A DNA stretch of 64,000 bases from Clostridiales bacterium (GTDB taxonomy: Bacteria > Bacillota > Clostridia > Lachnospirales > Lachnospiraceae): positions 813-64,812 of the forward strand of contig JAHZAR010000004.1 of the NCBI GenBank assembly GCA_019423835.1, in the 5' to 3' direction. A program made the translations under genes and the position numbers. A model generated the notes under the pieces. That model was not told the DNA's origin. It saw only the letters and a list, made by a program, of their open reading frames with translations, and searched no databases. Positions within the stretch are counted from its first letter, which is position 1. Each line of letters starts with the position of its first letter. Shown here one piece after another: positions 29,153 to 40,411 of the stretch.

Positions 29153-30544
29153 ATGGATTTAATTACCGTTAGAGAGATTTACAGGGACAGGGAAAAATTC
29201 CTTGGAAAAGAAATCCGGATCGGCGGATGGGTGAGAAGCGTCCGCGATTCCAAAACCTTTGGCTTTATCGTAGTGAGCGACGGAAGCTACTTTGAAACGC
29301 TTCAGGTCGTCTATCATGACAATATGGAAAACTTCAATGAGATCTGCAGGCTGAATGTGGGAGCTGCGATTCTCGTAAAGGGAACCCTCGTTGCCACACC
29401 GGAGGCCAAGCAGCCCTTCGAGATCCAGGCCACGGAAGTTATCGTAGAGGGTCCATCCTCACCTGACTATCCGCTTCAGAAGAAACGCCACAGTCTTGAA
29501 TATCTGAGAACGATTTCCCATCTGCGTCCGAGGACGAACACCTTCCAGGCTGTATTCCGCGTGCGCTCTCTGATCGCCTACGCTATCCACCAGTATTTCC
29601 AGGAGAGGGACTTTGTCTATGTCCACACGCCTCTCATTACAGGAAGTGACTGCGAGGGCGCCGGAGAAATGTTCCAGGTGACAACCATGGATCTGGCCAA
29701 TGTCCCCAAAAAACCTGACGGCTCTGTGGATTTTTCCCAGGACTTCTTTGGAAAGTCCACAAACCTGACAGTCAGCGGCCAGTTAAATGCGGAGACCTAC
29801 GCCATGGCCTTCCGGAATGTCTACACCTTCGGTCCTACTTTCCGCGCTGAAAACTCCAACACCACCCGCCACGCGGCTGAGTTCTGGATGATTGAGCCGG
29901 AGATGGCATTCGCCGATCTGAACGACAATATGGCTCTTGCAGAGAGTATGTTAAAATATGTGATCCGCTATGTGCTGGAGCACGCACCGGAGGAGATGAA
30001 CTTCTTCAACCAGTTTATTGACAAGGGACTTCTCGACCGTCTGAACCATGTGTTAAACTCCGAGTTCGGCCATGTGACCTACACAGAGGCTGTGAAGCTT
30101 CTGGAGGAGCACAACGATGAGTTCGACTACAAGGTATTCTGGGGCTGCGACCTTCAGACCGAGCATGAACGCTGCCTGACAGAGCAGATCTTCAAGCGCC
30201 CTGTATTTGTTACAGATTATCCGAAGGAAATCAAGGCCTTCTATATGAAGATGAACGAGGACGGAAAGACTGTCGCCGCCATGGACTGCCTGGTTCCCGG
30301 AATCGGAGAGATCATCGGAGGCAGCCAGAGGGAGGACGACTATGAAAAGCTCCTTGCCCGCATGGATGAGCTGGGCCTTAAGAAGGAGGACTACGGCTTC
30401 TATCTGGATCTGAGAAAGTACGGCTCTGTGCGCCACTCCGGATTCGGACTGGGCTTTGAGCGCTGTGTCATGTACCTGACCGGAATGGGCAACATCCGCG
30501 ACGTAATCCCATTCCCGAGAACCGTCAACAACTGTGAGCTGTAA
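29153..30544 (+). CDS. asnS: Asparagine--tRNA ligase
   Basis: OB fold, [29 protein letters not shown] 29153 after AGGAG. Confidence 0.97.
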   Translation: MDLITVREIYRDREKFLGKEIRIGGWVRSVRDSKTFGFIVVSDGSYFETLQVVYHDNMENFNEICRLNVGAAILVKGTLVATPEAKQPFEIQATEVIVEGPSSPDYPLQKKRHSLEYLRTISHLRPRTNTFQAVFRVRSLIAYAIHQYFQERDFVYVHTPLITGSDCEGAGEMFQVTTMDLANVPKKPDGSVDFSQDFFGKSTNLTVSGQLNAETYAMAFRNVYTFGPTFRAENSNTTRHAAEFWMIEPEMAFADLNDNMALAESMLKYVIRYVLEHAPEEMNFFNQFIDKGLLDRLNHVLNSEFGHVTYTEAVKLLEEHNDEFDYKVFWGCDLQTEHERCLTEQIFKRPVFVTDYPKEIKAFYMKMNEDGKTVAAMDCLVPGIGEIIGGSQREDDYEKLLARMDELGLKKEDYGFYLDLRKYGSVRHSGFGLGFERCVMYLTGMGNIRDVIPFPRTVNNCEL

Positions 30545-30865
30545 GGGCATCACCGGATGCCTGAGAAACAGCAGCAAAGAGACAGCAGCTGCCGTTTAAA
30601 TCTCAGTATAAAAAATATCTGTGAGCAGAGAGGGTATCTCAAAAGATGGCTGTGTGCCTTCCTTGAGATGCCCTTTTATCTTTATCTGCTGCTGTCTTAC
30701 GGCTGGGAGCTGCCGGCTGGAATGTGACGGCTGCTGACTGCCGGCCAGTATGCGTTTTTACTGTTAAATCTTGCCGCCCGCGTCCTGCAGAACCTTCCTC
30801 TGACGGATGTTTCATCCGCTTTGGAAGACGGCCGACGGGGCGGTCCTAAAAGGGGGAATGATATC

Positions 30866-31936
30866 TTGAAATTTATCCATACGGGGGATATTCACTGGGG
30901 AATGGCTCCTGACGGCGACAAGCCCTGGAGCAGGGAGCGGGCCAGGGATATCCGGGAAACCTTTGCCGCCATTATCGGCAGGGCCAGGGAACTGTCTGTG
31001 GATTTTCTCTTTATCGCAGGCGATCTGTTTCACCGGCAGCCGCTCTTAAAGGACCTGAAGGAGGTGAATTATCTCTTTTCCACCATTCCCGACGTGCGGG
31101 TGGTCCTGATCGCGGGAAACCATGACCGGGTGAGAAAAAACTCCGCTGTCCTGAGCTTTACCTGGGCGCCCAATGTGACATTTCTGGCAGACGAGGAGTT
31201 CTCCTCCGTCTATTTCGAGGAGCTTCACACAGAGGTTACAGGCTTTTCCTACTGGAGCGCGGAGATCCCCGAGGCAAGGCTGAACGATATAGCTGCGCCT
31301 GACGACGGGCTAATCCACATTCTTCTCGGCCACGGAGGGGATGTAAAGCATGTCCCTGTAGACAGGGAGGCCCTGCTTCGGGCAGGCTTTTCCTATGTGG
31401 CTCTGGGCCATATCCACAAGCCTGAAATTTCCCAGAGCCTGCGTCTTGCCTGGTGCGGCTCCCCTGAACCTCTTGACAAGACGGAGACAGGGCGGCATGG
31501 AATCATCTACGGAGAAATCAGCGAGGCGAGCCTTCGCATTACCCACCTGGAATTTATCCCCATGGCTAAGATTCAGTATATTCCCCTGATGGTCAATGTG
31601 ACCCCAGGCACGACCAACACGGAGCTGTTTCTGCGCATGTCCCAGGAGATTGAAAAGAGGGGAGCGGAACACATTTACCGGTTCCGCATCCGCGGCATGA
31701 GGGATCCCGACATTTCCTTTGATCTGGAATCTCTGATGATGCGCTACCGAATCGCGGATATCCTCGACGAGTCGGAGCCGCAGTACGATTTCAGCGCCCT
31801 GTTTGCGGAGCATCCCAGCGACATGATCGGGTTTTATATCCAGGCGCTGCAGAAGCCGGACATGAGCCCTGTAGAGAAAAAAGCCCTCTACTACGGCATC
31901 CACGCTCTGCTTCTGACTACAGACGAAAGGAGCTAG
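30866..31936 (+). CDS. Mre11/SbcD-like metallophosphoesterase (YhaO-like)
   Basis: DIH, AGDLF, GNHD, GHIH; TTG start 30866. Confidence 0.88.
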   Translation: MKFIHTGDIHWGMAPDGDKPWSRERARDIRETFAAIIGRARELSVDFLFIAGDLFHRQPLLKDLKEVNYLFSTIPDVRVVLIAGNHDRVRKNSAVLSFTWAPNVTFLADEEFSSVYFEELHTEVTGFSYWSAEIPEARLNDIAAPDDGLIHILLGHGGDVKHVPVDREALLRAGFSYVALGHIHKPEISQSLRLAWCGSPEPLDKTETGRHGIIYGEISEASLRITHLEFIPMAKIQYIPLMVNVTPGTTNTELFLRMSQEIEKRGAEHIYRFRIRGMRDPDISFDLESLMMRYRIADILDESEPQYDFSALFAEHPSDMIGFYIQALQKPDMSPVEKKALYYGIHALLLTTDERS

Positions 31937-31947
31937 GGAATCAGACC

Positions 31948-33822
31948 ATGCGATTTCTCGATTTATACATAAAGGGATTTGGAAAATTTCACGACACCTT
32001 CCTCTCCTTCGAGGACGGCCTTAACATCGTCTACGGAAAAAACGAGGCCGGAAAGTCCACCATTCACACCTTTATCCGCGGAATGCTCTTCGGCATCGAG
32101 CGCCAGAGGGGAAGGGCGGCGAAGAATGACCTCTACAGCAAGTATGAGCCGTGGGAGAACAGCTCCACCTACGAGGGGCAGCTGCGCCTTGAGTCTGACG
32201 GCGTTGTATACCGCTTTGAGAGGAGCTTTCAGAAAAACAAAAAGGGCTTTATCGTTATCAATGAGACAGCCGGGCGGGAGACGGAGCCCACGAAAGCCTT
32301 CATGGACGAGCTCCTCTGCGGTCTCAGTGAAACAGCCTACAACAACACCATCAGCATCGGCCAGTTAAAGAGCGCAACTGAGGACGGCATGATCTCGGAG
32401 CTGAAAAACTACATTGCCAACATGAACACCTCCGGAAATATGGCCCTGAATATCACCAGAGCCACAGCCTACTTAAAGAACCAGAAACGGCAGTTTGAGA
32501 GCCAGCTCATGCCGGAGGCCGCCAGAACCTATACCTCTCTTCTGGGAGAGATTAAAAATCTGGAACGGGAAATCTCTTCCCCTGAGTATGAAAACCAGCT
32601 CCGGTCTTTTACCCGGGAACGCTCTGAACTAAAAACAGCCATTGAAAGGAAACAGGCGGAGCGGGATGAGCTTCTTTCCCGCATTGAAAAGGGCCGAAGC
32701 GCCCTGGCTGAATTTGAGTTTACGGACGCCCAGTCTGTCTCCTCCTATCTGGACCACGCCGAGGATATTTACAGACAGTACAGGGAGGCTGCTGTTGCAG
32801 CCGGGAAAAAATCTCTCCGGATTCTGGGAGGACTCTTTGCAGGGGCCGGCTTTCTCCTGCTTCTGGCTGCTGCCTACTTTTTTTACTGGGGCTTTGTGCC
32901 GGACAATACGATCCTTCCCTGGATGCCCCAGGAAATCGACGCCCTTCTGTCCGCCTCCGCCGTGTCCTGCGCAGCGGCTGTTTCCTTCTTTGCAGCCGTT
33001 ATCCTGCGCCTGAAGATCCGGCAGGCCAGAAGGACGGCCTCCCTGTGCGCCTCCACCCTGACAGAGATTTTCAGGAGGCATCTGGGCGGCGGGACGGTCA
33101 GTGAGGACGCCATGGAAGCTCTCCGCTCCAGGATGGAGGAGTTTATGAGGCTCTGTGAGATGATTGTTCGCTCAGAGGAGACGGTGAGACAGCAGAGAGA
33201 TATGGTAGAGCAGCTGCAGGAACGCCAGAATGAATGCTCAGAGACCATTGAACGCCAGCAGAGAATCCAGTGGGAGCTGGAAAAGAAGCTGGAGCACCTG
33301 GCAGAGCTTAAGGATCAGGCTTCCGCCCTGCGCCAGATTATCGCTGAAAATGACAGAATCCGGGAAGAGATCGCGGCTATTGAGATGGCTCAGGATACCA
33401 TGAAGGATCTGTCCATGTCCATCCGCGACTCCTTTGGGCTCTATCTCAATAAGACGGCCTCTGAGCTCATAAGCGGGATTACAGGAGGGCTCTACAGCAG
33501 CATGAGCATCGACGAGAACCTGAACGCCTTCCTCAACACAAAAAGGAAGCTGATCCCTCTTGAGCAGGTGAGCAGCGGAACGGCAGACCAGATTTACCTG
33601 GCCCTCAGGCTGGCGGCTGCCAAGTTTATCCAGAACGGGCGGGCTGCCATGCCCCTGATCTTTGATGACAGCTTCGTTCTCTATGATGACGACCGCCTTA
33701 AAACAGCCCTGAAATGGCTTACAAAAGCCTACAGCGGCCAGATTATCATATTTACCTGCCATAAGAGAGAGCTGGCAATCCTCGAGAGGGAGGGGATTGC
33801 CCACCATGTAGTGAAGATATAA
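31948..33822 (+). CDS. SMC/Rad50-like ATPase (YhaN/SbcE-like) with two internal TM helices
   Basis: GKNEAGKST, coiled coil, VSSGTADQ, LIFDD, FTCH. Confidence 0.85.
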   Translation: MRFLDLYIKGFGKFHDTFLSFEDGLNIVYGKNEAGKSTIHTFIRGMLFGIERQRGRAAKNDLYSKYEPWENSSTYEGQLRLESDGVVYRFERSFQKNKKGFIVINETAGRETEPTKAFMDELLCGLSETAYNNTISIGQLKSATEDGMISELKNYIANMNTSGNMALNITRATAYLKNQKRQFESQLMPEAARTYTSLLGEIKNLEREISSPEYENQLRSFTRERSELKTAIERKQAERDELLSRIEKGRSALAEFEFTDAQSVSSYLDHAEDIYRQYREAAVAAGKKSLRILGGLFAGAGFLLLLAAAYFFYWGFVPDNTILPWMPQEIDALLSASAVSCAAAVSFFAAVILRLKIRQARRTASLCASTLTEIFRRHLGGGTVSEDAMEALRSRMEEFMRLCEMIVRSEETVRQQRDMVEQLQERQNECSETIERQQRIQWELEKKLEHLAELKDQASALRQIIAENDRIREEIAAIEMAQDTMKDLSMSIRDSFGLYLNKTASELISGITGGLYSSMSIDENLNAFLNTKRKLIPLEQVSSGTADQIYLALRLAAAKFIQNGRAAMPLIFDDSFVLYDDDRLKTALKWLTKAYSGQIIIFTCHKRELAILEREGIAHHVVKI

Positions 33823-33870
33823 AATATGCCCTGCCAGACATTCGTCCTTTCTGGCAGGGCATATATTTTT
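33821..33870. terminator. Bidirectional terminator between convergent genes
   Basis: AAAATATGCCCTGCCAGA / TCTGGCAGGGCATATTTT. Confidence 0.85.
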
Positions 33871-33923
33871 GGAATATTCCTGTCTGTTCACAGCCCTCTG
33901 GGGCGTTTGTCCGTCTCCCTGAG

Positions 33924-35231
33924 CTATCTGCGCTCCCCCTGGGGCATCTCCTCATGCTCCTTGAACATATAGGCTCCGGATCTGTATTTTCCCATCTCCT
34001 CATATACATTCGAGAAACCTTCTCCCACCGGAATCGTGTGGCTGACTCCGCTGCGGTAGGCCAGCTTCAGAAATACAGGCGTCACAATGGTAGTGATAAT
34101 GACCACAAGCACCACAGGCCCTAAAAATGCGCTTCCCAGCAGGCCCAGAGTCTCGCCCTTGCTGGCCACAATCAGGGCAACCTCTCCCCTCGAGATCATT
34201 CCGACTCCGATCCTGACGCACTCCTCACTGGTGTAGCCGCAGAGCCTGGCGCCGATTCCGCAGCCGATCACCTTTGTCAGAATGGCCACCAGCACCAGCC
34301 CTGCCGAAAATAGAACAACCGTGGAGCTCATAGCCGGCAAAGATACCTTCAGCCCGATACTGGCAAAAAAGATCGGCGAAAGGTAGGCATAGGACAGTAC
34401 ATCAAACTTGGAGGCCAGGAATTTCGTTCTCTGCGTACTGGAGATGACAACCCCGGCGATGAAGGCGCCCGTAATGTCTGCTACTCCGAAAAAGGTTTCT
34501 GCAGTATAGGACATAAGCAGACAGAATACAAAGGCAATCAGTACATGGCGGTGGAGGCCCCTCTCTGCATGCATGATCCAGTTGACATAAAATTTATGAA
34601 ACAGGATTCCTACTATCAGAGCAAAGACGAAAAACGCAGCTATCTTAAGCAGTATGACGCTGAGATGGACGCTGGAATCCGCCACACTTGTAATGATGGT
34701 AAGGGCGATGATGCCCAGCACGTCATCGATGATCGCAGCTCCCAGAATGGCATTTCCCGAACGGGTTTTCAGCTTTCCCAGTTCCTTCAGAGTTTCTACG
34801 GTAATGCTCACGGAGGTTGCCGTCAGGATGACTCCGATAAACATATTCTGTAAAAACGGGCTCCCGCCCGCATCCGATTCAATCATGCCGGGACGGTTAA
34901 AGAGCATGGCAACGGCATATCCGCCCAACAGCGGCACAATCACCCCGATCAGGGCAATAATAAACGATGCCCGACCGCTTTTTTTCAGTTCTTCCAGGTC
35001 TGTTTCCATACCGGCGCAGAACATAAGAACAATGACGCCTATCTCCGCCGTCTTTTTCACGAAATCCGTTTCCTGAACCAGTCCGAACATAGCCGGCCCG
35101 AGAATGAGTCCTGCCAGCAGGGCTCCCACTACCTGCGGCATCTGGAATTTTCTTGTCGCAAGCCCTAACAGTTTTGTGCTGAGCAGAATGGCTGCTATAT
35201 CGCACAGGTATTGGTATTCCCCCATCTCCAC
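33924..35231 (-). CDS. Cation:proton antiporter (CPA2 family)
   Basis: ATSVSIT, AAIIDD, GAFIAG, RGEVAL; multiple TM segments. Confidence 0.9.
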   Translation of the reverse strand: MEMGEYQYLCDIAAILLSTKLLGLATRKFQMPQVVGALLAGLILGPAMFGLVQETDFVKKTAEIGVIVLMFCAGMETDLEELKKSGRASFIIALIGVIVPLLGGYAVAMLFNRPGMIESDAGGSPFLQNMFIGVILTATSVSITVETLKELGKLKTRSGNAILGAAIIDDVLGIIALTIITSVADSSVHLSVILLKIAAFFVFALIVGILFHKFYVNWIMHAERGLHRHVLIAFVFCLLMSYTAETFFGVADITGAFIAGVVISSTQRTKFLASKFDVLSYAYLSPIFFASIGLKVSLPAMSSTVVLFSAGLVLVAILTKVIGCGIGARLCGYTSEECVRIGVGMISRGEVALIVASKGETLGLLGSAFLGPVVLVVIITTIVTPVFLKLAYRSGVSHTIPVGEGFSNVYEEMGKYRSGAYMFKEHEEMPQGERR

Positions 35232-35376
35232 ACACCCCTTTTATATATTTTGTCTAAAAACACCCCTTTTTTCTCCCGATTTTAGTATGTATTTATGAAT
35301 TTTTTATGAACATTGGCAGACCTTTGTATTAAAATTATGCTAAGATCTGAGCCTTTGCCTCTAAAAGAATCCGATC

Positions 35377-36429
35377 TTATTCCCCGGTCACCACCCACTT
35401 GATACAGCCGTCTTTTTTATTTTCAAATATCTCATACCCTTCTAAGATTTCGTCCAGAGTGCCTCTGTGGGTGATCAGGAAATCTGTTTTCAGCCTGCCC
35501 TCTTTTAAAAGCTCCAGAAGCTGCGGACAGCGGCAGGCATCCACCCCTCCTGTCTTAAAGATCAGATTTTTTCCATACATCCGGGTCAGCGGCAGCACCG
35601 GATCGGTCTCATACATTGCCACCAGGGCCACGATGGCATTGGGGCGGGCCAGCTGCCAGGCCAGTTCAAAGGACTGTTCATTCCCCGCCGCCTCAATGAC
35701 AGAGTCGGCGCCTCTCCCCTCTGTCAGACGTTTCACGGCCTCCGCCGCAGCTCTTCCCGTCTCCTTCAGATACATGTGGGCCAGCTCATTTTCCCTGGCC
35801 ACACGGAGCCTGTAGGTATTGGGGTCAATGAGAATCACCTGACCGGCCCCCATCAGACGGGCTGACTGGGCGGCACACATTCCCACAGGGCCTGCACCTA
35901 TCACTGCCGTTGTATCCCCCGGCTTAATCTGGCACAGCTCTGCTCCCCAGTAGCCGCTGGACAGAATGTCTCCCGTAAAGAGCGCCTGCTCCTCCGTCAG
36001 CCCGTCAGGAATCCGGTAAAGACTCGTGTCAGCCAGGGGAACGCGGACATATTCTGCCTGGCATCCGTCTATGGTGCATCCCAAAAGCCACCCCCCATGG
36101 AGGCAGTTGTTGACGTATCCCCGCCGGCAGTACCAGCAGTCCCCGCAGATGGTTTCACAGTTGGCGGCAACCCTGTCTCCGGTTTTCAGCTCCTTAACAC
36201 CTGTTCCGGTTTCCACAATCTCCCCGGCAAACTCATGTCCCAGAATCACTCCCTCCCGGGCTCTTGGAACCGCTCCGTTTCGGATGTGGAGATCGCTGGT
36301 ACAGATGGTGGAGCGCGTCACCTTTACGATCGCATCCCCGGGTTCCTGAAGCGTCGGCACCGGCCGTCTCGTAAGGCACAGTTCACCCGGACGCTTAAAA
36401 ACCAGTGCTTTCATCGTGTTGTTCTCCAT
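35377..36429 (-). CDS. Zinc-dependent alcohol dehydrogenase (MDR family)
   Basis: CTSD, GHEFAG, CGDCWYC, GAGPVG. Confidence 0.9.
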   Translation of the reverse strand: MENNTMKALVFKRPGELCLTRRPVPTLQEPGDAIVKVTRSTICTSDLHIRNGAVPRAREGVILGHEFAGEIVETGTGVKELKTGDRVAANCETICGDCWYCRRGYVNNCLHGGWLLGCTIDGCQAEYVRVPLADTSLYRIPDGLTEEQALFTGDILSSGYWGAELCQIKPGDTTAVIGAGPVGMCAAQSARLMGAGQVILIDPNTYRLRVARENELAHMYLKETGRAAAEAVKRLTEGRGADSVIEAAGNEQSFELAWQLARPNAIVALVAMYETDPVLPLTRMYGKNLIFKTGGVDACRCPQLLELLKEGRLKTDFLITHRGTLDEILEGYEIFENKKDGCIKWVVTGE

Positions 36430-36658
36430 ATAGGCTTCCCCCTTCCATATTCTCCTGTCTGACAGGCTCTTCTTTCACGGGAAATCACAGGTTTTCCTGT
36501 GCACCGGCCGCAAAAAGGAGGCAGCCCTTCAAAAGCGGCAGCCTCCTTCCTGTTCTCTGTCCTGTCTGATCTTTTCTGTTCTTTATTGATGTGTTATGGG
36601 AGTTATGATACAGTCTGGCCCGGAGAACCCCCTGGCTCAGCTCTCCCATATCTGCCGG

Positions 36659-37840
36659 CTATTCCCGGATGCCTGCCTTGTATTTGCTGATCAGGCGGTT
36701 AATTCTCCCCGTGGGGTTCAAAAGCTCGCTTAAGGAGGCATCGTGGTTCAGATTGTCGATGATCAGCGCAATGTACTTGCTCATATCCACATCGATATAG
36801 TATGGCCTGGACAGCAGATCTGCCGACTGATAAACCAGGTTTGTAGTCAGCACACGGTCAATGAGGCCATTCTCATAGTATTCGTCGAATTTCTGAAGGC
36901 CGTTTGTGAAGAGTCCGAAGGTAGCGCACACAAATACCTTTCTCGCCTTCCTTCTCTTCAACTCCTTGGCCACATCCAGCATGCTCTCACCGGAGGAGAT
37001 CATGTCGTCCACAATGATCACATCCTTGCCCTCAACGCTGCTTCCCAGGAACTCGTGAGCGACAATCGGATTTCTGCCGTTCACGATCTTGGTGTAGTCG
37101 CGGCGCTTGTAGAACATGCCCATATCCAGTCCCAGAACATTGGCGAAATAGACTGCACGGCGCATTCCGCCCTCGTCGGGGCTGATTACCATCATATGTT
37201 CGTTGTCAATCTCAAGCTCCTTCTCATGCTTTAAAAGGTACTTGATAAACTGGTAAATCGGCTGTACGGTTTCAAATCCCTTTAAGGGGATCGCATTCTG
37301 AACCCTCGGATCGTGGGCGTCAAAGGTGATAATGTTCTCCACACCCATTTTCACCAGCTCCTGAAGGGCCAGGGCACAGTCTAAGGATTCGCGGCCGGTG
37401 CGCTTGTGCTGGCGGCTCTCATAGAGGAACGGCATAATGACGTTGATTCTTCTGGCCTTACCGCCCACAGCGGCAATCACGCGCTTTAAGTCCTGAAAAT
37501 GGTCGTCCGGCGACATGTGATTCACCTTTCCGCTCAGGGAGTAGGTAAGGCTGTGATTGCACACATCCACCATGAGATAGAGATCATCCCCGCGGACGGA
37601 TTCATTTAAGGTTCCCTTGCCCTCGCCGGAGCCAAAGCGCGGTGTTCCTGCATCAATCATGTAGGAATCCTTCTGGTAGCCGGCGAACGCGATCGTGGTC
37701 TTGTGCTCGCTCTCCCGCTCTCTTCTCCAGTCAACCAGATACCGGTCAACCTTCTCGCCCAGGGTCCTGCAGCTCTTAAGCGGAATTAATCCCAGAGGCC
37801 CTACGGGGATCGTTTCAATGATTTTCTCTTCGTACAGCAT
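36659..37840 (-). CDS. prs: Ribose-phosphate pyrophosphokinase
   Basis: FGSGEG, PFLYESRQ, SPDEGG, VDDMISSG. Confidence 0.92.
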   Translation of the reverse strand: MLYEEKIIETIPVGPLGLIPLKSCRTLGEKVDRYLVDWRRERESEHKTTIAFAGYQKDSYMIDAGTPRFGSGEGKGTLNESVRGDDLYLMVDVCNHSLTYSLSGKVNHMSPDDHFQDLKRVIAAVGGKARRINVIMPFLYESRQHKRTGRESLDCALALQELVKMGVENIITFDAHDPRVQNAIPLKGFETVQPIYQFIKYLLKHEKELEIDNEHMMVISPDEGGMRRAVYFANVLGLDMGMFYKRRDYTKIVNGRNPIVAHEFLGSSVEGKDVIIVDDMISSGESMLDVAKELKRRKARKVFVCATFGLFTNGLQKFDEYYENGLIDRVLTTNLVYQSADLLSRPYYIDVDMSKYIALIIDNLNHDASLSELLNPTGRINRLISKYKAGIRE

Positions 37841-38047
37841 GTTTTTCCTCCAAATCTGTCATCACTCTCTGCGGCAGAGGCCGCAGCTGCTGTCAGACAG
37901 TCAATAAGATTATGAAATAAAGGTAAAAAGAATGTAAATCCTTATTCTTTATATCATTATTACGCATATCAAGTCAACCCTGGAGTACATCAAAATCGCG
38001 AAGTCCCCAGTCCTTCTCTCACAGGCTCATCCCGGCGCCCACAGCCC

Positions 38048-39049
38048 CTACTGTCTTCTGGCCTGCATGAGCTTTTTCCTGATCCGTATGTCCTCCCCGT
38101 AAAGCGGAATCACCGTGTACTGGCTCACAATCCTCGACATGACCCGGTCTGTGAACTCGTCGCGCATCTCATTGACCGGAAGATTGGTGGAAATGATGGT
38201 TCCCTTTCTGCGGTTCAGCCGCTCATTGATACAGTAGAAGAGCTGGGAGGTGGTGAAGGTGTTTACCAGCTCCGTCCCCAGATCGTCGATGATCAGGAGG
38301 TCGCAGTCCAGCAGATAGCGGGAGCGATCTCTGTCCTCCTCTGTGGAATCGTAGTCAAACCTTTCCTTTGAAAAGATCTCATACATGTCCACAGCCGGCA
38401 GATAGACAACGGAATAGCTCCGATCGAGAAGCTCCTTCGCAATGCAGTTGCTGAGAAAAGTTTTTCCAAGCCCTGTCTTTCCGGTAAACAGAAGGTTATC
38501 TTTGTGCTCCCCAAAGTGCTCCACATAGGAACGGCACAGGGCCACCACCTGGCGCATGTACTCCCTGGCCGTCTTGTTGCTGCGCCCGTCCACCTTCGTG
38601 TCGTCAAAGTATTCGTAGGAAAAGGTATCGAAATTCTCTCTGCTCAGGATTTCCCTGATATTGGACTGATCGTACAGGAGGCTGATCTCCCGCTTCTTGA
38701 AGCAGTGGCACTTTTTTCCGTCCCTGTAGCCTGTGTCGCGGCAGTCGGGGCAGTCATAGTGAAGCTCCAGGTAATCAGCAGGATAGCCATAGGCGGACAG
38801 CAGAACCTCTCTCTCCTCACACAGGTCTGCAATACGCCGTTTCAGCCCCTTAGCCGCCCTGTCATCTCCTGCCAGAAGCTGTCTCGCACTCTTGACGGCA
38901 GAGGCCGCGATCTCCTCATTGATCTCCTTTACGGCAGGAATTTTTTCATAAACCTCCTCCCGGCGCTTATCCAGCTCCCTCTTCTGTCTGAGCTGTGCCT
39001 GGTTGTAAATACGCATGATGGAATCGTACTGGGAATTGCTCAGTGCCAT
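38048..39049 (-). CDS. DnaC/DnaI-like helicase-loader ATPase
   Basis: CPDCRDTG..CHC zinc site, GKTGLGKT, LLIIDDLG, STN, DRVMSRI. Confidence 0.88.
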   Translation of the reverse strand: MALSNSQYDSIMRIYNQAQLRQKRELDKRREEVYEKIPAVKEINEEIAASAVKSARQLLAGDDRAAKGLKRRIADLCEEREVLLSAYGYPADYLELHYDCPDCRDTGYRDGKKCHCFKKREISLLYDQSNIREILSRENFDTFSYEYFDDTKVDGRSNKTAREYMRQVVALCRSYVEHFGEHKDNLLFTGKTGLGKTFLSNCIAKELLDRSYSVVYLPAVDMYEIFSKERFDYDSTEEDRDRSRYLLDCDLLIIDDLGTELVNTFTTSQLFYCINERLNRRKGTIISTNLPVNEMRDEFTDRVMSRIVSQYTVIPLYGEDIRIRKKLMQARRQ

Positions 39050-39105
39050 GGTTTCCTCCTGTATTCTGTCAATCGTTCTCTGAGTGCCCTCGCTGCAGAG
39101 CCTTT

Positions 39106-40326
39106 CTATTTATCCGGGAATCCCTGGGAGGCCCCGGTATTCTCTGCGCCGAAGGCCTCCTGCCGGACGCTCTGCCCCTCCCTCCCGCTGTCCGGAGCCC
39201 CGGTATTGATCATATTCCAGATCATTTCATCATAATCATAGCCGTGCTCCTCCAGGTTGTGAAAACGGTTGGCGCTCTTTCTGGCGCTCTGGCGTTTTGA
39301 GCCGGACATTCCTGCCTGTCTGCCCGAAGCTCCCGCTCCCCCGGCTCCTGTCCGCAGGGAGGCAGACTGGCCTGACTCTCTGGCCCTTCTCGCCTCCTCC
39401 TTTCTCATCCGCGTCACTTCTTCCACATCCCTCATGGTGCGCACGCCGGCCCGGTTCCATTCAGTCAGGATGCTGTCCGTATACTGGAAACTGGGCTTAT
39501 GAATGGCAGCCATTGTCCGGTTGCAGGCTTCCACTACAATCTCCCTGGTAAAGCCGTAGGTTCCAAACCACTTGTCCATCAGGTCAATCTCGCCATTGGC
39601 AGGATTCCGGCCTGACAGTCCGAAAGCCTTCATCACGGCAAAAATATCCTTCTTGTAGCCCATGGACTGGGATTTGGCCTCCTCCGCCGTCTTAAAGCCC
39701 CTCTCATGCCAGCTCAGTCCCACCTTCTCTATGTAGCGGATGCTGGTATGTCCATTCTGTGCGCAGGACTCTATCAGATACTCCAGAAGCTCCGTGGGCA
39801 TATGGAGGTTCCCGTAGAGGTTGGCCAGCACATCGCAGTCTGTAGGGGTAAAGGTCCTGTTCAGGTACTTTTGGGCAATGTACAAAAGCTGGGAAAACTC
39901 CTCATCCCCTGACAGTCTGCAGAGAATATCTCCCGTTTTAGGGCTGCTGCCCTCCATCCGGCCGGCCCCCTGGGAAGGCCGTGTCTGACCGGAGACAGAA
40001 GTATCCTGTCCAAAGGAAGAGGAGAGTCCTCCGGAAGGCGCCGGGGACTGCCGGGCGGGAGCAGACGGACGGGCGGGCGCCGGCACGTCTGTAAGCGCAA
40101 GGACTCCCACCCTCTCCCAGTAGACAAGGGCGCGGCGCACATCTGCCTCCGTATGGTTCAGTGCATCCGCAATCCCGGACACATCATCTGCAGTGCCTCC
40201 GTGTCTGAGAATATAGAGGTATACCTTCACATACTCGCCGTTAGCCTCTGCCATGTATCTGTCTATAAATTCATTGGGGATGACCGTCACCTCATGGGCA
40301 AGACGGTTCTGTATGAACTGTCCCAT
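39106..40326 (-). CDS. DnaD/DnaB-domain replication initiation protein
   Basis: N-terminal PNEFIDRYM..YVKVYLY; two DnaD C-type domains (YIEKVGLSW, YTDSILTEW); ATG 40326. Confidence 0.88.
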   Translation of the reverse strand: MGQFIQNRLAHEVTVIPNEFIDRYMAEANGEYVKVYLYILRHGGTADDVSGIADALNHTEADVRRALVYWERVGVLALTDVPAPARPSAPARQSPAPSGGLSSSFGQDTSVSGQTRPSQGAGRMEGSSPKTGDILCRLSGDEEFSQLLYIAQKYLNRTFTPTDCDVLANLYGNLHMPTELLEYLIESCAQNGHTSIRYIEKVGLSWHERGFKTAEEAKSQSMGYKKDIFAVMKAFGLSGRNPANGEIDLMDKWFGTYGFTREIVVEACNRTMAAIHKPSFQYTDSILTEWNRAGVRTMRDVEEVTRMRKEEARRARESGQSASLRTGAGGAGASGRQAGMSGSKRQSARKSANRFHNLEEHGYDYDEMIWNMINTGAPDSGREGQSVRQEAFGAENTGASQGFPDK

Positions 40327-40411
40327 CTGCTTCACCTTTCTGTCTGCCGTTTTTTCCTGCCTTTTTCCCCGGAACAGCCAGTCCATCTGCAGACGGATGG
40401 TTCCGGGGCAC

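Noticed and set aside
38048..40326. Prophage or ICE replication module (DnaD + DnaC)
   Set aside because: Flanked by murC and prs with no integrase or phage genes; fits the chromosomal clostridial loader pair
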